DNA of 64,000 nt from a virus. Lineage: Duplodnaviria; Caudoviricetes. Below, piece by piece: positions 7,586-17,116 of the stretch (positions are counted from its first letter, which is position 1; each line of letters begins with the position of its first letter). Made by a program: the position numbers and the translations under genes. The notes under the pieces are model-generated. The model made no database searches. It was given only the letters and a program-made list of their open reading frames with translations, and was not told where the DNA came from. The stretch lies in the IMG/VR virus record IMGVR_UViG_3300028844_004840, positions 32,001 through 96,000 of that record. One strand, written 5' to 3'.

Positions 7586-9229
7586 ATGAATGCACAAGTA
7601 CCCAACCCCGAAGCTAGATCAATTCTATCTATACCATTCCGCGCAGCCCTTTCAGTGCACCCAGATTACACATACTGGGCACCGCACTGGGAGACAATTC
7701 GTGACGCGGAAATAGGTGAAGTTGAAGTAAAGCGCAAGGCAGATAAGTACCTTCCTAAGCTGTCTAGTCAAGACGCCAGCGAATATCAATCATACCTGCG
7801 CCGAGCCGTGTTTTTCAACATGACCTCACGCACGCTTAACTCTTTATATGGGACTGTGTTCCGCCGCGCCCCTAAAGTTTCAGGGCTACAGGCGAAAACG
7901 CTGGAAGCAGCAAAATCCATAACCAAAGATGGTACAAGCCTTCATTTGATGGCAAAAACTACTGTTAAAGAAGTTCTAGCCGTTGGACGCTATGGTCTGA
8001 TGGTCGACGCCGAGCAGGACGGGCGTGGAGGAGCACACGTGGCGTGCTACACCGCAGAGAACATCATCGATTGGGATATGGCAGAAGTTGGAGGCAAGTG
8101 GCAACTTGTGCGTGTTGTGCTGCGTGAAATATTTTACGACAGAGATGAGGCGTGGGGACCGTACCAGTACAAGGCACGTTTTCGTGTACTAGTTCTAGAT
8201 GAATCTACAGGCAGTCCGGTATACAAGCAATTTGTGTTTATCAATGAAATTGGAACAAATGTTCCTGACGTCGACGCGCTTGACGGTGCCACAGAAATTG
8301 TACCAAAAGTGCGCGGGGCGGAGTTGGATTATATTCCGTTTATAATCGTAGGACCGTTTACAAACCATCCTGATGTGCAAAAGCCGCCCATGCTCGATAT
8401 TGTAACATTAAATTATTCTCACTATCTATCTTACGCGGACATGGAATCCGCACGTTTTTTGACGGCGTCACCTGTTTACAAGGTCAATCTAACGAACGCA
8501 GATTCTGCACCAGATTTTAAAGTTGGACCCAATGTTGTGTGGCAATTTGGTCCGGGCGAAGATGGGGGAATTATCGAGTTCACGGGACACGGTTTACGCT
8601 TCTTAGAAAATGCCATGAAAGACAAAGAGGCACAAATTTCTGCCATTGGTGGACGCCTGATGCCAGGCGCATCGAGAGGTGCGGCGGAGAGCGATAACGC
8701 ATTAGCGCTGAAAGAGCAGAACGAACAAACGATGTTACTGAATCTCGCTGATACTGTCGATGAAGCCACTACAAAAATACTCCGTTGGTGGGCTGACTGG
8801 AACAACGTTAGTAAGGATGCTGTAGAGAAAATTGTTTTTGAAATAAATAGAGATTTCTTGATCAGTGATGGAGGCGCACGCGAGTTTCGCGCAATTCAAC
8901 AAATGTACGAAGCTGGTATCATCCCAGTCGATGTTGTGTATTCGTACCTGCGTAAGAATGACGTAATTCCGGAATGGATGTCCGAGGAAGAATTTGCTAG
9001 CAGATTGAACGATAGTAAGCAGTTCCCCAATATGGTCGACGTACTTGCGCGTATGAAGAATTTCCCCGATGCGAATGCTTTTCATGAATTTGAAATGCAG
9101 AAAAAAATGATGAACAACGCTGAAACAGTCGCGCCAGGACCAAACGATCCCGATAATCCGCCAGTACAGCCTGAACAGGTTAGAGGCGGGCGCGCATCAG
9201 AATCCTCTGGAAATGCAAAAATACAATAA
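7586..9229 (+). CDS. portal protein (DUF4055 type)
   Basis: YQSYLRRAVFFN and IPFIIVG..N.P....PPMLDI motifs; position ahead of the head genes. Confidence 0.9.
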   Translation: MNAQVPNPEARSILSIPFRAALSVHPDYTYWAPHWETIRDAEIGEVEVKRKADKYLPKLSSQDASEYQSYLRRAVFFNMTSRTLNSLYGTVFRRAPKVSGLQAKTLEAAKSITKDGTSLHLMAKTTVKEVLAVGRYGLMVDAEQDGRGGAHVACYTAENIIDWDMAEVGGKWQLVRVVLREIFYDRDEAWGPYQYKARFRVLVLDESTGSPVYKQFVFINEIGTNVPDVDALDGATEIVPKVRGAELDYIPFIIVGPFTNHPDVQKPPMLDIVTLNYSHYLSYADMESARFLTASPVYKVNLTNADSAPDFKVGPNVVWQFGPGEDGGIIEFTGHGLRFLENAMKDKEAQISAIGGRLMPGASRGAAESDNALALKEQNEQTMLLNLADTVDEATTKILRWWADWNNVSKDAVEKIVFEINRDFLISDGGAREFRAIQQMYEAGIIPVDVVYSYLRKNDVIPEWMSEEEFASRLNDSKQFPNMVDVLARMKNFPDANAFHEFEMQKKMMNNAETVAPGPNDPDNPPVQPEQVRGGRASESSGNAKIQ

Positions 9230-9279
9230 TACACGTAAAGGCTCGGATACTGTTACGCAGAATCTGGTGAAGGAAACTA

Positions 9280-9504
9280 ATGACTAAAAAAATTGTAGGG
9301 GTAAATCCTGAGTATGCCGACCACGACGAAATTGATTACGACGTCGAAGATTTAATTGCTGAATTTGAGCATGGCGTTGTAACATTTGATGAATTGAAGT
9401 GCATAGTGGGAACTGAGACCGCGCGCTCAGTCCAAAATCGCGTCCATGGGGAGGGGGATCCAAGTGACCCTGAAACGTATTTCGATGACCCTTCCGCGTA
9501 TTAA
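9280..9504 (+). CDS. hypothetical acidic protein
   Basis: SD GAAGGA; 74 aa. Confidence 0.65.
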   Translation: MTKKIVGVNPEYADHDEIDYDVEDLIAEFEHGVVTFDELKCIVGTETARSVQNRVHGEGDPSDPETYFDDPSAY

Positions 9505-9543
9505 CTCTAAAAAGTACCAGCCTGACCCTTTTATGCACTTTTC

Positions 9544-9572
9544 TTGACTTTTAACGTGTAGTCAGGTAGAAA
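9544..9572 (+). promoter_or_regulatory. sigma70-like promoter for the head operon
   Basis: TTGACT-N17-TAGAAA. Confidence 0.55.
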
Positions 9573-9715
9573 TATCCTCACAGCCTTATGTGCGAAATTG
9601 TACAGCAATCAGCACATGGCTGCATCTACTACTGGAGACACCCATGTCTCCACCCGTCGCGGAGCGATGGTCCAAACAAACACAAGGGTCCATCGCGGGG
9701 CGGTGGGAAAAATAA

Positions 9716-10522
9716 ATGGCAACAACTATTCCATTCGCACAACTGTCTGATATTCCGGAGGGACTCCGTGAACACGCAGTTGAGACAGACGGCACTTACA
9801 CTGTTAGTGTAGAATTCTCAGGACGAGTAAAAGAGTTTCGAGACAACAATGTTGAAGTTTCCAAAGAACGTGACGGACTAAAATCTGTGTTATCTCAATA
9901 CGAGCAAGCCACTGGTGTTACCATGGAAGCGCTCGAAGAAGGTAAACTTGATGACTTTGTGTCGACGTTTACGACACTAAAAGATACCAAGCAGCGTGTA
10001 GACGACGGAAAACTTGTCGAGGAGACTTCACTAGAAGAAGCGTCCGCATCCCGCGTTTCTGAGGTACACAACTCGTATCGAGGACAGCTAGCAGACAGTG
10101 CTAAAGAACGTGACGCGCATAAAGCCCGTGCAGATGCTGCGGAAAAACGCGCGAATTCCATGGTACTGGAAAATGCAGTACGTATCGCGGCAGGAGATGT
10201 CGATGTTGGAATGCTGGAAAACGCCGTCCAGATGATTTTACCGCAGGCGCACGGAATATTCCGTGTTGACGATAAAGGTGGAATTACACCGAAAGACGCG
10301 GACGGAACAGTGATTTACGGGGGCGATGGAATGTCGCCAATGTCGATTAAAGAATGGTTGCTAAAGCAGCGTGAGACGAACGACTTCTTATTCAAAGGAG
10401 CTACTGGCGGAGGGGCACACGGCTCCAACAACAACGACAGTGGTAAAATGACTTTTGATCAGATGCAGAAGGCCAACATTCGTCCCGAAGAGCGTATGCG
10501 CCTAGCGCGCGCAGGCAAATAA
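9716..10522 (+). CDS. putative capsid scaffolding protein
   Basis: Coiled-coil, EFRDNN and LFKGATGGGA motifs, directly upstream of the major capsid gene. Confidence 0.75.
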   Translation: MATTIPFAQLSDIPEGLREHAVETDGTYTVSVEFSGRVKEFRDNNVEVSKERDGLKSVLSQYEQATGVTMEALEEGKLDDFVSTFTTLKDTKQRVDDGKLVEETSLEEASASRVSEVHNSYRGQLADSAKERDAHKARADAAEKRANSMVLENAVRIAAGDVDVGMLENAVQMILPQAHGIFRVDDKGGITPKDADGTVIYGGDGMSPMSIKEWLLKQRETNDFLFKGATGGGAHGSNNNDSGKMTFDQMQKANIRPEERMRLARAGK

Positions 10523-10729
10523 ATTTTTCCCGTGGAGGGCGTTACAGCGCCCTTCACTCCCACACTAATTACTAATTTCACACCACGGGGTGGTACTGAG
10601 ATTTCACGAAATACCTTCGACACAACTTGGGCTAGTCGAAGGGTATTAACAACAGGCTCGGGGAGCCTGCTTCCACAGCCCGAAGTAACCCTACTTGGAT
10701 AGCAAGCAACCTGAACTTAGGAGATTAAA

Positions 10730-11656
10730 GTGCTTACTCTTTTTGAAGCTGCAAAGCTTAATTCCGGTGACGTCGTACGTGCGACAATCATCGAGCACTT
10801 CGCCCGTTCGTCTGAACTATTGCGCGCAGCGCAATTTATCGACGTACAAGGCGGAGCATATGTCTACAACATGGAAGGCCAACTTGGCGCTTCTGCGTTC
10901 CGTGGTGTTGGTCAAGGATACACGCCTAGCGCTGGTATTGTCAACCCAGAAACCGAGCGCTTGCGCATCATCGGTGGAGAATTGGACGTAGACTTAGCAA
11001 CACTGAAAATTCATGGCGAAAATGTTCGTTCTCAGTACGAACTCATGAAGGTTAAATCAATCTCACTCGCCATCGGCGCTGCGATGATTAACGGTAACTC
11101 TGTAAACAACCCACTAGAATTTGACGGCCTACGTCAGCGTATTGGTGGATCACAGTTGATTGAAGCGGGCGCTACAGACGGTGGAGATCCTCTTTCCATC
11201 CAAAAACTGTACGAACTAATCGATGCTGTCGATAATCCAACTCACCTGATCATGTCGAAAAAAATGCGCGCACTTCTTTCCGGCGCAGCGCACGACATCA
11301 ACGTGGGGGGCTTCATCAGTTATACCGACGACGAATTTGGCCGCAAGGTTATGATGTTCGACGGCCTACCGATTTTGATCACAGACTACGACAACTTCGG
11401 CAACCAGATCATCGACTTCAATGAAGTTGGCGGAACTGGATCGACAGCTACTGCCACGTCAGTATATGCCGCAAGCATGGGTCCTGGCGGCGTCATCGGA
11501 CTGCAAAACGGTACGATGGAAGTTCGCGATCTCGGTGAATTGCAGACACAGCCAGTTATGCGTACGCGCGTCGAGTGGCTTGTCGGTATGGCAGTGGAAG
11601 GACAGCGTTCTGCTGGACGTCTACGCGGTATCAGCAACGCAGCCGTAACAAAGTAA
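10730..11656 (+). CDS. major capsid protein
   Basis: LTLFEAAKL, GGELDVD, EFDGL..RI, RTRVEW motifs of CbK-like HK97-fold capsids; SD AGGAG with GTG start. Confidence 0.9.
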   Translation: MLTLFEAAKLNSGDVVRATIIEHFARSSELLRAAQFIDVQGGAYVYNMEGQLGASAFRGVGQGYTPSAGIVNPETERLRIIGGELDVDLATLKIHGENVRSQYELMKVKSISLAIGAAMINGNSVNNPLEFDGLRQRIGGSQLIEAGATDGGDPLSIQKLYELIDAVDNPTHLIMSKKMRALLSGAAHDINVGGFISYTDDEFGRKVMMFDGLPILITDYDNFGNQIIDFNEVGGTGSTATATSVYAASMGPGGVIGLQNGTMEVRDLGELQTQPVMRTRVEWLVGMAVEGQRSAGRLRGISNAAVTK

Positions 11657-11720
11657 AAGTGTTCTGAGGGGCTTAGGTCCCTCACCATACCCCCTCAGAA
11701 ATCTTAGGAGAAAACTGAAA

Positions 11721-12188
11721 ATGGCACGTTCCAACGTAAACTACCTGTTTGACGCAAGCACCGCGTTTGTACAAGCAGGAACTGGGCAAACAATCACTGC
11801 ATCTGAAAATCTCGCGTCTCGTGTGAATTTGGATAAGATGGTTAACGCCCGTGCAGACGGCGAGCTGCGCAACAAACTAGGCGCAGAAGGCTACGCAATC
11901 GTAATCGCGATTTCGGCAGCGAAAGCAAGTGCTGGTGATGAATCATACAGCTTTGTTGTACAAGCAACTGACGCAGCAGGCGGAAACGCTGCTGACGTAG
12001 GTAGCTTGACAATTCCAGCCACAGCAGCAGCCGCTGGACAGTGGGTTGTACACGTAGATGCTGACACTGTTGAGCGTCTCGGCGCTCCAAATAATGTGCA
12101 GTTAAATGTTGCAGCCAATGTATCCGGCACGTCACCTTCCGTAACGGTAGCTGCAGCATGGCTGGCGTACAACCGCGTAAACGGTTAA
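11721..12188 (+). CDS. putative minor capsid / cement protein
   Basis: Ala-rich beta protein right after the MCP, strong SD AGGAG. Confidence 0.65.
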   Translation: MARSNVNYLFDASTAFVQAGTGQTITASENLASRVNLDKMVNARADGELRNKLGAEGYAIVIAISAAKASAGDESYSFVVQATDAAGGNAADVGSLTIPATAAAAGQWVVHVDADTVERLGAPNNVQLNVAANVSGTSPSVTVAAAWLAYNRVNG

Positions 12189-12196
12189 ACAAATAC

Positions 12197-12223
12197 AGAG
12201 AGGGCGCAAAACGCGCCCTCTTA
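12197..12223 (+). terminator. hairpin after the capsid genes
   Basis: AGAGGGCGC-AAAAC-GCGCCCTCT. Confidence 0.55.
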
Positions 12224-12260
12224 ACTCCTCATATACCCTCTAGCCGAAGGACCCGACATA

Positions 12261-12587
12261 ATGGCCCAACTTGAATTCACCCCCGCAAACCCAAATGACG
12301 TTGTAGAAGTACACTCACCAGAAGGTGAAATTGTTAAGTGCTCCATAGCCAACGCCAGTGATCTTGTTCGTCTAAACGGATATTTCTGGAAAGCCGAAGA
12401 AGCCGTTGCAGTTGCTGCAGCCAAGGCATCCGAAGCAGAAGAAAAAGCAGCCAAGGCTACCGAAGAAAAAGCAGCCAAGGCTACCGAAGCAGGTGCAGAA
12501 GCAGGTGCAGAAGCAAATGCAGAAGCAACCAAAGCCGAAATTACAGATGTAAAGGCGAAGAGCAAGACACGCAAAACAGGATCCTAA
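12261..12587 (+). CDS. small virion-associated protein with Ala/Glu/Lys low-complexity tail
   Basis: N-terminal VHSPEGE domain followed by repeats. Confidence 0.7.
   Translation: MAQLEFTPANPNDVVEVHSPEGEIVKCSIANASDLVRLNGYFWKAEEAVAVAAAKASEAEEKAAKATEEKAAKATEAGAEAGAEANAEATKAEITDVKAKSKTRKTGS
12438..12521 (+). repeat. in-frame tandem repeats (2 x 24 bp, 3 x 12 bp)
   Basis: GAAGAAAAAGCAGCCAAGGCTACC twice, then GAAGCAGGTGCA twice and GAAGCAAATGCA. Confidence 0.9.
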
Positions 12588-12622
12588 TCCTGCAGACGCT
12601 CTAATTTTAAAGGAGACCTGAC

Positions 12623-12925
12623 GTGTCCAGCACAACTGCACATCAATACAGAACTACAACCACTGCCACGGTAACCCCCGTAGCAGCGGTTTCCCTTACG
12701 ATTGCACCTAATGACACTCCGCGCACAGTCAGATTTGTTTCTGACGTGGCTGTACACTTGAAGTGGGCAGTACGTGACGAAGATGCCAGTGTATCCACAC
12801 TCGACGGGTATGTTCCGGCAAACTGTGTTGAATACATAACAATAGGACCGAACAATCAGGTTGAAATTATCGGGGCACAAGGCGTTACAACAGGAAACGC
12901 TTGGTTCACCGAAGTTTCAGGATGA
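12623..12925 (+). CDS. hypothetical virion protein
   Basis: SD AGGAG with GTG start; beta-rich. Confidence 0.65.
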   Translation: MSSTTAHQYRTTTTATVTPVAAVSLTIAPNDTPRTVRFVSDVAVHLKWAVRDEDASVSTLDGYVPANCVEYITIGPNNQVEIIGAQGVTTGNAWFTEVSG

Positions 12926-12931
12926 TCCGAA

Positions 12932-13708
12932 ATGCAGATGACACAACCACTACGTTCTGGAGTTGCGGGATGGTTACGCGGAACAACGTTTAACCCTCTC
13001 GCAGGTGTAGTTCAACTGGCCTTATCTACCACGGATCCAACTTATGACGCATCGGGGGTCTCTGAGCCTTCGGGAGGCGGCTACGCCCGTAAAGATGTTT
13101 TGTTCGGGGATCCAACACAGATCGCAAATGTTCAATCACGTTCCAGTATATCTCAAGTAATATTCGAAGCGACTGCTGACTGGGGAACGATAACCCATGC
13201 TGTGTTGTACCGAGGTACTGAGGCGTACTGGCAGGGGACCCTGAACGCCCAAAAACTGGTAAATAGTGGGGACTCCTTGAGTTTTGCTGTGGGAGACATC
13301 GAGCTGACGGCAGGCCTTCGTTGGTCAACGTATTCCCGTGATCTTATTTTAAACACCGTAACAGGTGGTGCGCTACAGGGATTAGGGCAACTGTACCTGG
13401 CACTTTCAACCGCCGACCCTACGGAAACTGGTGCAGGTATTTCAGAACCTTCTGGGATGTACGCTCGCCAAGGAATATCCCTAAATGAAACGGCAAATGA
13501 ACCCACGGGAATAGTCGTGAGCAACCCAAATGCTGTTGTATACGGCCCCGCCACAGGAAATTGGGGCAACATAAGCCACATGGCTATATATGACGCTGTG
13601 ACAGGAGGGAATATGGTAGCATATGGCCCTGTCGCCGTTCAGCGTAACGTCGTATCCGGAGACGCGTACGCCGTTTCCACAAACTCTCTGGCCTTAACGA
13701 TCCGATAA
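12932..13708 (+). CDS. virion structural protein with two tandem homologous domains
   Basis: LALST.DPT...SEPSG..YAR...AT..WG.I.H occurs twice. Confidence 0.75.
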   Translation: MQMTQPLRSGVAGWLRGTTFNPLAGVVQLALSTTDPTYDASGVSEPSGGGYARKDVLFGDPTQIANVQSRSSISQVIFEATADWGTITHAVLYRGTEAYWQGTLNAQKLVNSGDSLSFAVGDIELTAGLRWSTYSRDLILNTVTGGALQGLGQLYLALSTADPTETGAGISEPSGMYARQGISLNETANEPTGIVVSNPNAVVYGPATGNWGNISHMAIYDAVTGGNMVAYGPVAVQRNVVSGDAYAVSTNSLALTIR

Positions 13709-13718
13709 GGAGTATGGC

Positions 13719-14387
13719 ATGTCCGCGTCTAGCACAGGTCCACTCCCTTCGTTCGGTGTTTTTGGCTGCCTCGGTTGGAGTAGTTCGGGGACCATCGACC
13801 GCCCCGCAACGATAAGCACCACAGGAACGCTCCAAACAGCATTAAGTGTTATTTCCCCTATCCATGCTGCTGCACCCGTGCGATGGGATACAGGCACAAA
13901 TTTACGTATTAACTCGGCGACAGATTCCACTATAAGAATGTCCGCAGAGTTGATGGGGTCCGAGGACCCAAGAACACCTACTGACACGCCTTATTTTGTA
14001 AACAATATCGCAATTGTTACAGGTGGAAATTCTGGCGGAGGTGGAAGTGTTTCTATATATGATGAAGGCGGACTTGTGCGTGCCAATACACAAGAGATTG
14101 ATGTAATAGGGGCAGAGGTCGCCGCCACGATTTCCGCACAAGGTTCCAACAGAGTCGCGCTTACAGTGACTTCGGAGGGATCCACTGGATATCCATTTCC
14201 AGACATATTAGACGAATCTGATCCTGTTTATTTCTATTTTGGATGGGATTTCACAGGAAGTGATTGGGCTATTCAACGTCAAGAACGCAGCACGTCCCAA
14301 ACCACTATAGCAGTGTTCTCCGCCAACACGACGCACGCCACCTTGGACAGTGCGTGGGAAGACCGAATAGTTTTGACTTACACGTAA
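13719..14387 (+). CDS. hypothetical virion protein
   Basis: SD AAGGAG; Ser/Thr/Gly rich. Confidence 0.65.
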   Translation: MSASSTGPLPSFGVFGCLGWSSSGTIDRPATISTTGTLQTALSVISPIHAAAPVRWDTGTNLRINSATDSTIRMSAELMGSEDPRTPTDTPYFVNNIAIVTGGNSGGGGSVSIYDEGGLVRANTQEIDVIGAEVAATISAQGSNRVALTVTSEGSTGYPFPDILDESDPVYFYFGWDFTGSDWAIQRQERSTSQTTIAVFSANTTHATLDSAWEDRIVLTYT

Positions 14388-14427
14388 TTTCGTGGTACAT
14401 TTTTTCTGAAATTCTAATACAAGAGAG

Positions 14428-15813
14428 ATGTATAAAATGGTTCTAATCACTGATCCAGATGGTCTAAACCAAGCCGTTGAGGTGGATTTTGATCCAGTTT
14501 TAAAGACCATAACTCTGAATATTGCCGGAAACCTATCGGCAGACGGTGTCACACTAAAAACGCTATACTCGTTCACCAAAGAGGAATGGCGTACTGATAT
14601 TGATTTAATTAAGTATGAGTTCCCTTTTACACCGATTACTGACGAATTTTTTGAGCTAAAGGACGGTTGGGACTTCGCTTCGGCTACGTCTGAAAACTTG
14701 ATTCGACGTTCGGGGTGGCTCGTACGCGACGGATCCAATAATGTTGTAAAGCATTTCTGTGGTGTAGCGATTCTTGGTGCCGAAAATGATGATCAGATTT
14801 ACTATCAATTAGACGGAGACGAGTCTCCCTCTGATTTTGTATTCCTAGGAAATACCGCAGAAGCTGTTCAGATTATCGATGACCCCGATGGAGACGGCAC
14901 ATACGCAGACGGATTCAATAAGTCTTCTAGTATTAATGTTTTCAACCGTGAGCAGGGGCAATTATATTCCTCCGGATCCACGACCGCTAACGGTGAAGCC
15001 AGTTTACTCGCGCCTAAACTGTTCTCGCTAACACTGAATACCGGGACCGATCTAAAAGTTTCATCGAGCGACTCTGCCATCGATACTACGGCACCGTACA
15101 CAGGAATGTCGATAACGTACTACGCCACGCCGCAGTCACGCACAATCGGCGCGGCAGGACGCGATTTTGGAATTATAATTGACGGCAATAACGGCACTGC
15201 TGAACAAATTTATGAATACGTACAAAGACAACTGCGCTTAGCAACAGATATTGATGCTGATTCTACTTCTCAAATCGGTAAACTTTCTGATGAACTTCTA
15301 CTCTTCGTGGGGGATAATCTTGAAACACTGAGTTCTACCAACCCTGACGGGGGCGGTACAGGTGTGTATATTGATAATTTCCAAGCGGCAGACACCAACC
15401 GAATCTCTTTCCGAGATAATGCCCAAACGTCCCGCGCATTCCCGTTTGTTTCTGTGGTAACTCTGTCGTTCAGCCAGACTTTGGAGAAAGACACGGATGC
15501 TATTTATCGTGTGTTTTTCACGAACGCTAACGGCAATAATTTTGGAGATTCCGATGCTATTCTCGTTGAGGATAATGGCGGAAGTGTTGTTTCAGGCAGC
15601 ATTTCGGGGGTCCCTTCGATTCAATTCGACTTTGATTACGACGGAAATGTACAAGGCGGGCGTACACCAGCAACTGACGCGGATATCACTGTGGTGGCAC
15701 TCGGCTTAGACACTGGGCAGTATGTTGTGGCTACCGGAACCATTGCACGATCAACCGCTAACAGTGTTTCTCTTGTTGCACCGACTGAGCGTCAATATGA
15801 AAATGCCGTCTGA
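14428..15813 (+). CDS. putative virion structural protein
   Basis: 461 aa, acidic and beta-rich; ends ERQYENAV. Confidence 0.7.
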   Translation: MYKMVLITDPDGLNQAVEVDFDPVLKTITLNIAGNLSADGVTLKTLYSFTKEEWRTDIDLIKYEFPFTPITDEFFELKDGWDFASATSENLIRRSGWLVRDGSNNVVKHFCGVAILGAENDDQIYYQLDGDESPSDFVFLGNTAEAVQIIDDPDGDGTYADGFNKSSSINVFNREQGQLYSSGSTTANGEASLLAPKLFSLTLNTGTDLKVSSSDSAIDTTAPYTGMSITYYATPQSRTIGAAGRDFGIIIDGNNGTAEQIYEYVQRQLRLATDIDADSTSQIGKLSDELLLFVGDNLETLSSTNPDGGGTGVYIDNFQAADTNRISFRDNAQTSRAFPFVSVVTLSFSQTLEKDTDAIYRVFFTNANGNNFGDSDAILVEDNGGSVVSGSISGVPSIQFDFDYDGNVQGGRTPATDADITVVALGLDTGQYVVATGTIARSTANSVSLVAPTERQYENAV

Positions 15814-15862
15814 TAAACTTACTTGGTAGGCGCTATCCTACCCCGACAGGCGGAGGATACCC

Positions 15863-17116
15863 ATGGCATATCGCGACGATATAATTGGTCTAGGGGCAAA
15901 CCATCTATTCCCTTTTGATGGTGATGCAACAGACCTTGTAGGAAATTTATCTACAACCCCCGTAGGAATAACTTACGGGGGTCCTTCCATATGCGAAGAC
16001 GCCTCCCAGAGTTTACTGATCAGCTCCGTGACTAATAGACTAACCTTAGATGCCACACCCAATATAGAAGATGCAAATCAGCGTTTCGCGGTAGCAGGAT
16101 GGTTTATGGTGGATTCCATTCAACTCCCTCCCAAGAGTATGTACGCAGATGGTGGGTCATTAAATTCGATGAAGATAATATTCGGATTCGGCAACAATTT
16201 AATGCTTGAAGTGCTCAGCTCCTCTGCCCAAAATCCGTTTCTAGTACAGGTGTACGGGCCGATTCTCCAGCCCAATAGAATTTATCACATATGCGCGGTG
16301 TTTGAAGGACCTGCCTATGGCAACGAAGCGCGCTTATACGTGGATGGAGTGAAGTATACACAGGCAAGCCCCGTCGGAGGCGCACCTAACGACGTACTAG
16401 CCGCTGGACGCGATACAGGAGTATTCGGGGTTCCAATCACGTCCGAAATAGGAAACGACAGCGTGGTACAAAACGCTGCGGTGGATTCTAGATTAGGTTT
16501 CTGGGCATTCTGGGGAAACAACAGCTCCGCAGCACTGACTGACCAACAAGTACGCCGCGATCTTTTCGAAAAAGGGGCACCACCTAGTATCACAATCGAA
16601 TCGAATACGCAAGAAAGTATGCAGGCAACTTTAAATACACTTGCTAACACAGTACGCCCCGATCAACCACTAAACATACGTGTTGAACCCGTTCTAGGTG
16701 GCGGGGATTTCCAGCTAGTTGCTGATAATATAAGACACGACGCACTGGCGAGCACGCACCTACAGTACACAGGCACGGACACACTTACATGGATCAATGA
16801 TAATGGAAGCAACACATCGATAGTAAGTGTACCCAATTTGGGTGCTGTGGATATAATTACGCCTGCTACGCTAACCATTTCCTCCCTGATTCCAGATACA
16901 GAAATACGAATTCTAGTGTCAGGGACAACTGATGAAATTGTCGGGGTAGAAAGTTCTGGAACATCCTTTCAAGTTATGCTACAAGCAAGTGTTGTGGATG
17001 TAGTTATACATAAAGAAGACTACGAAAATCTTTTTATAAAAAATGTATCCATGATGGACGGAAACGTCGAATTATCGATTGATCAGATATTTGATAGACA
17101 GTACGGGAGTGGATAA
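15863..17116 (+). CDS. LamG/concanavalin-like domain virion protein
   Basis: YHICAVF...RLYVDG pattern; ends DRQYGSG. Confidence 0.7.
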   Translation: MAYRDDIIGLGANHLFPFDGDATDLVGNLSTTPVGITYGGPSICEDASQSLLISSVTNRLTLDATPNIEDANQRFAVAGWFMVDSIQLPPKSMYADGGSLNSMKIIFGFGNNLMLEVLSSSAQNPFLVQVYGPILQPNRIYHICAVFEGPAYGNEARLYVDGVKYTQASPVGGAPNDVLAAGRDTGVFGVPITSEIGNDSVVQNAAVDSRLGFWAFWGNNSSAALTDQQVRRDLFEKGAPPSITIESNTQESMQATLNTLANTVRPDQPLNIRVEPVLGGGDFQLVADNIRHDALASTHLQYTGTDTLTWINDNGSNTSIVSVPNLGAVDIITPATLTISSLIPDTEIRILVSGTTDEIVGVESSGTSFQVMLQASVVDVVIHKEDYENLFIKNVSMMDGNVELSIDQIFDRQYGSG

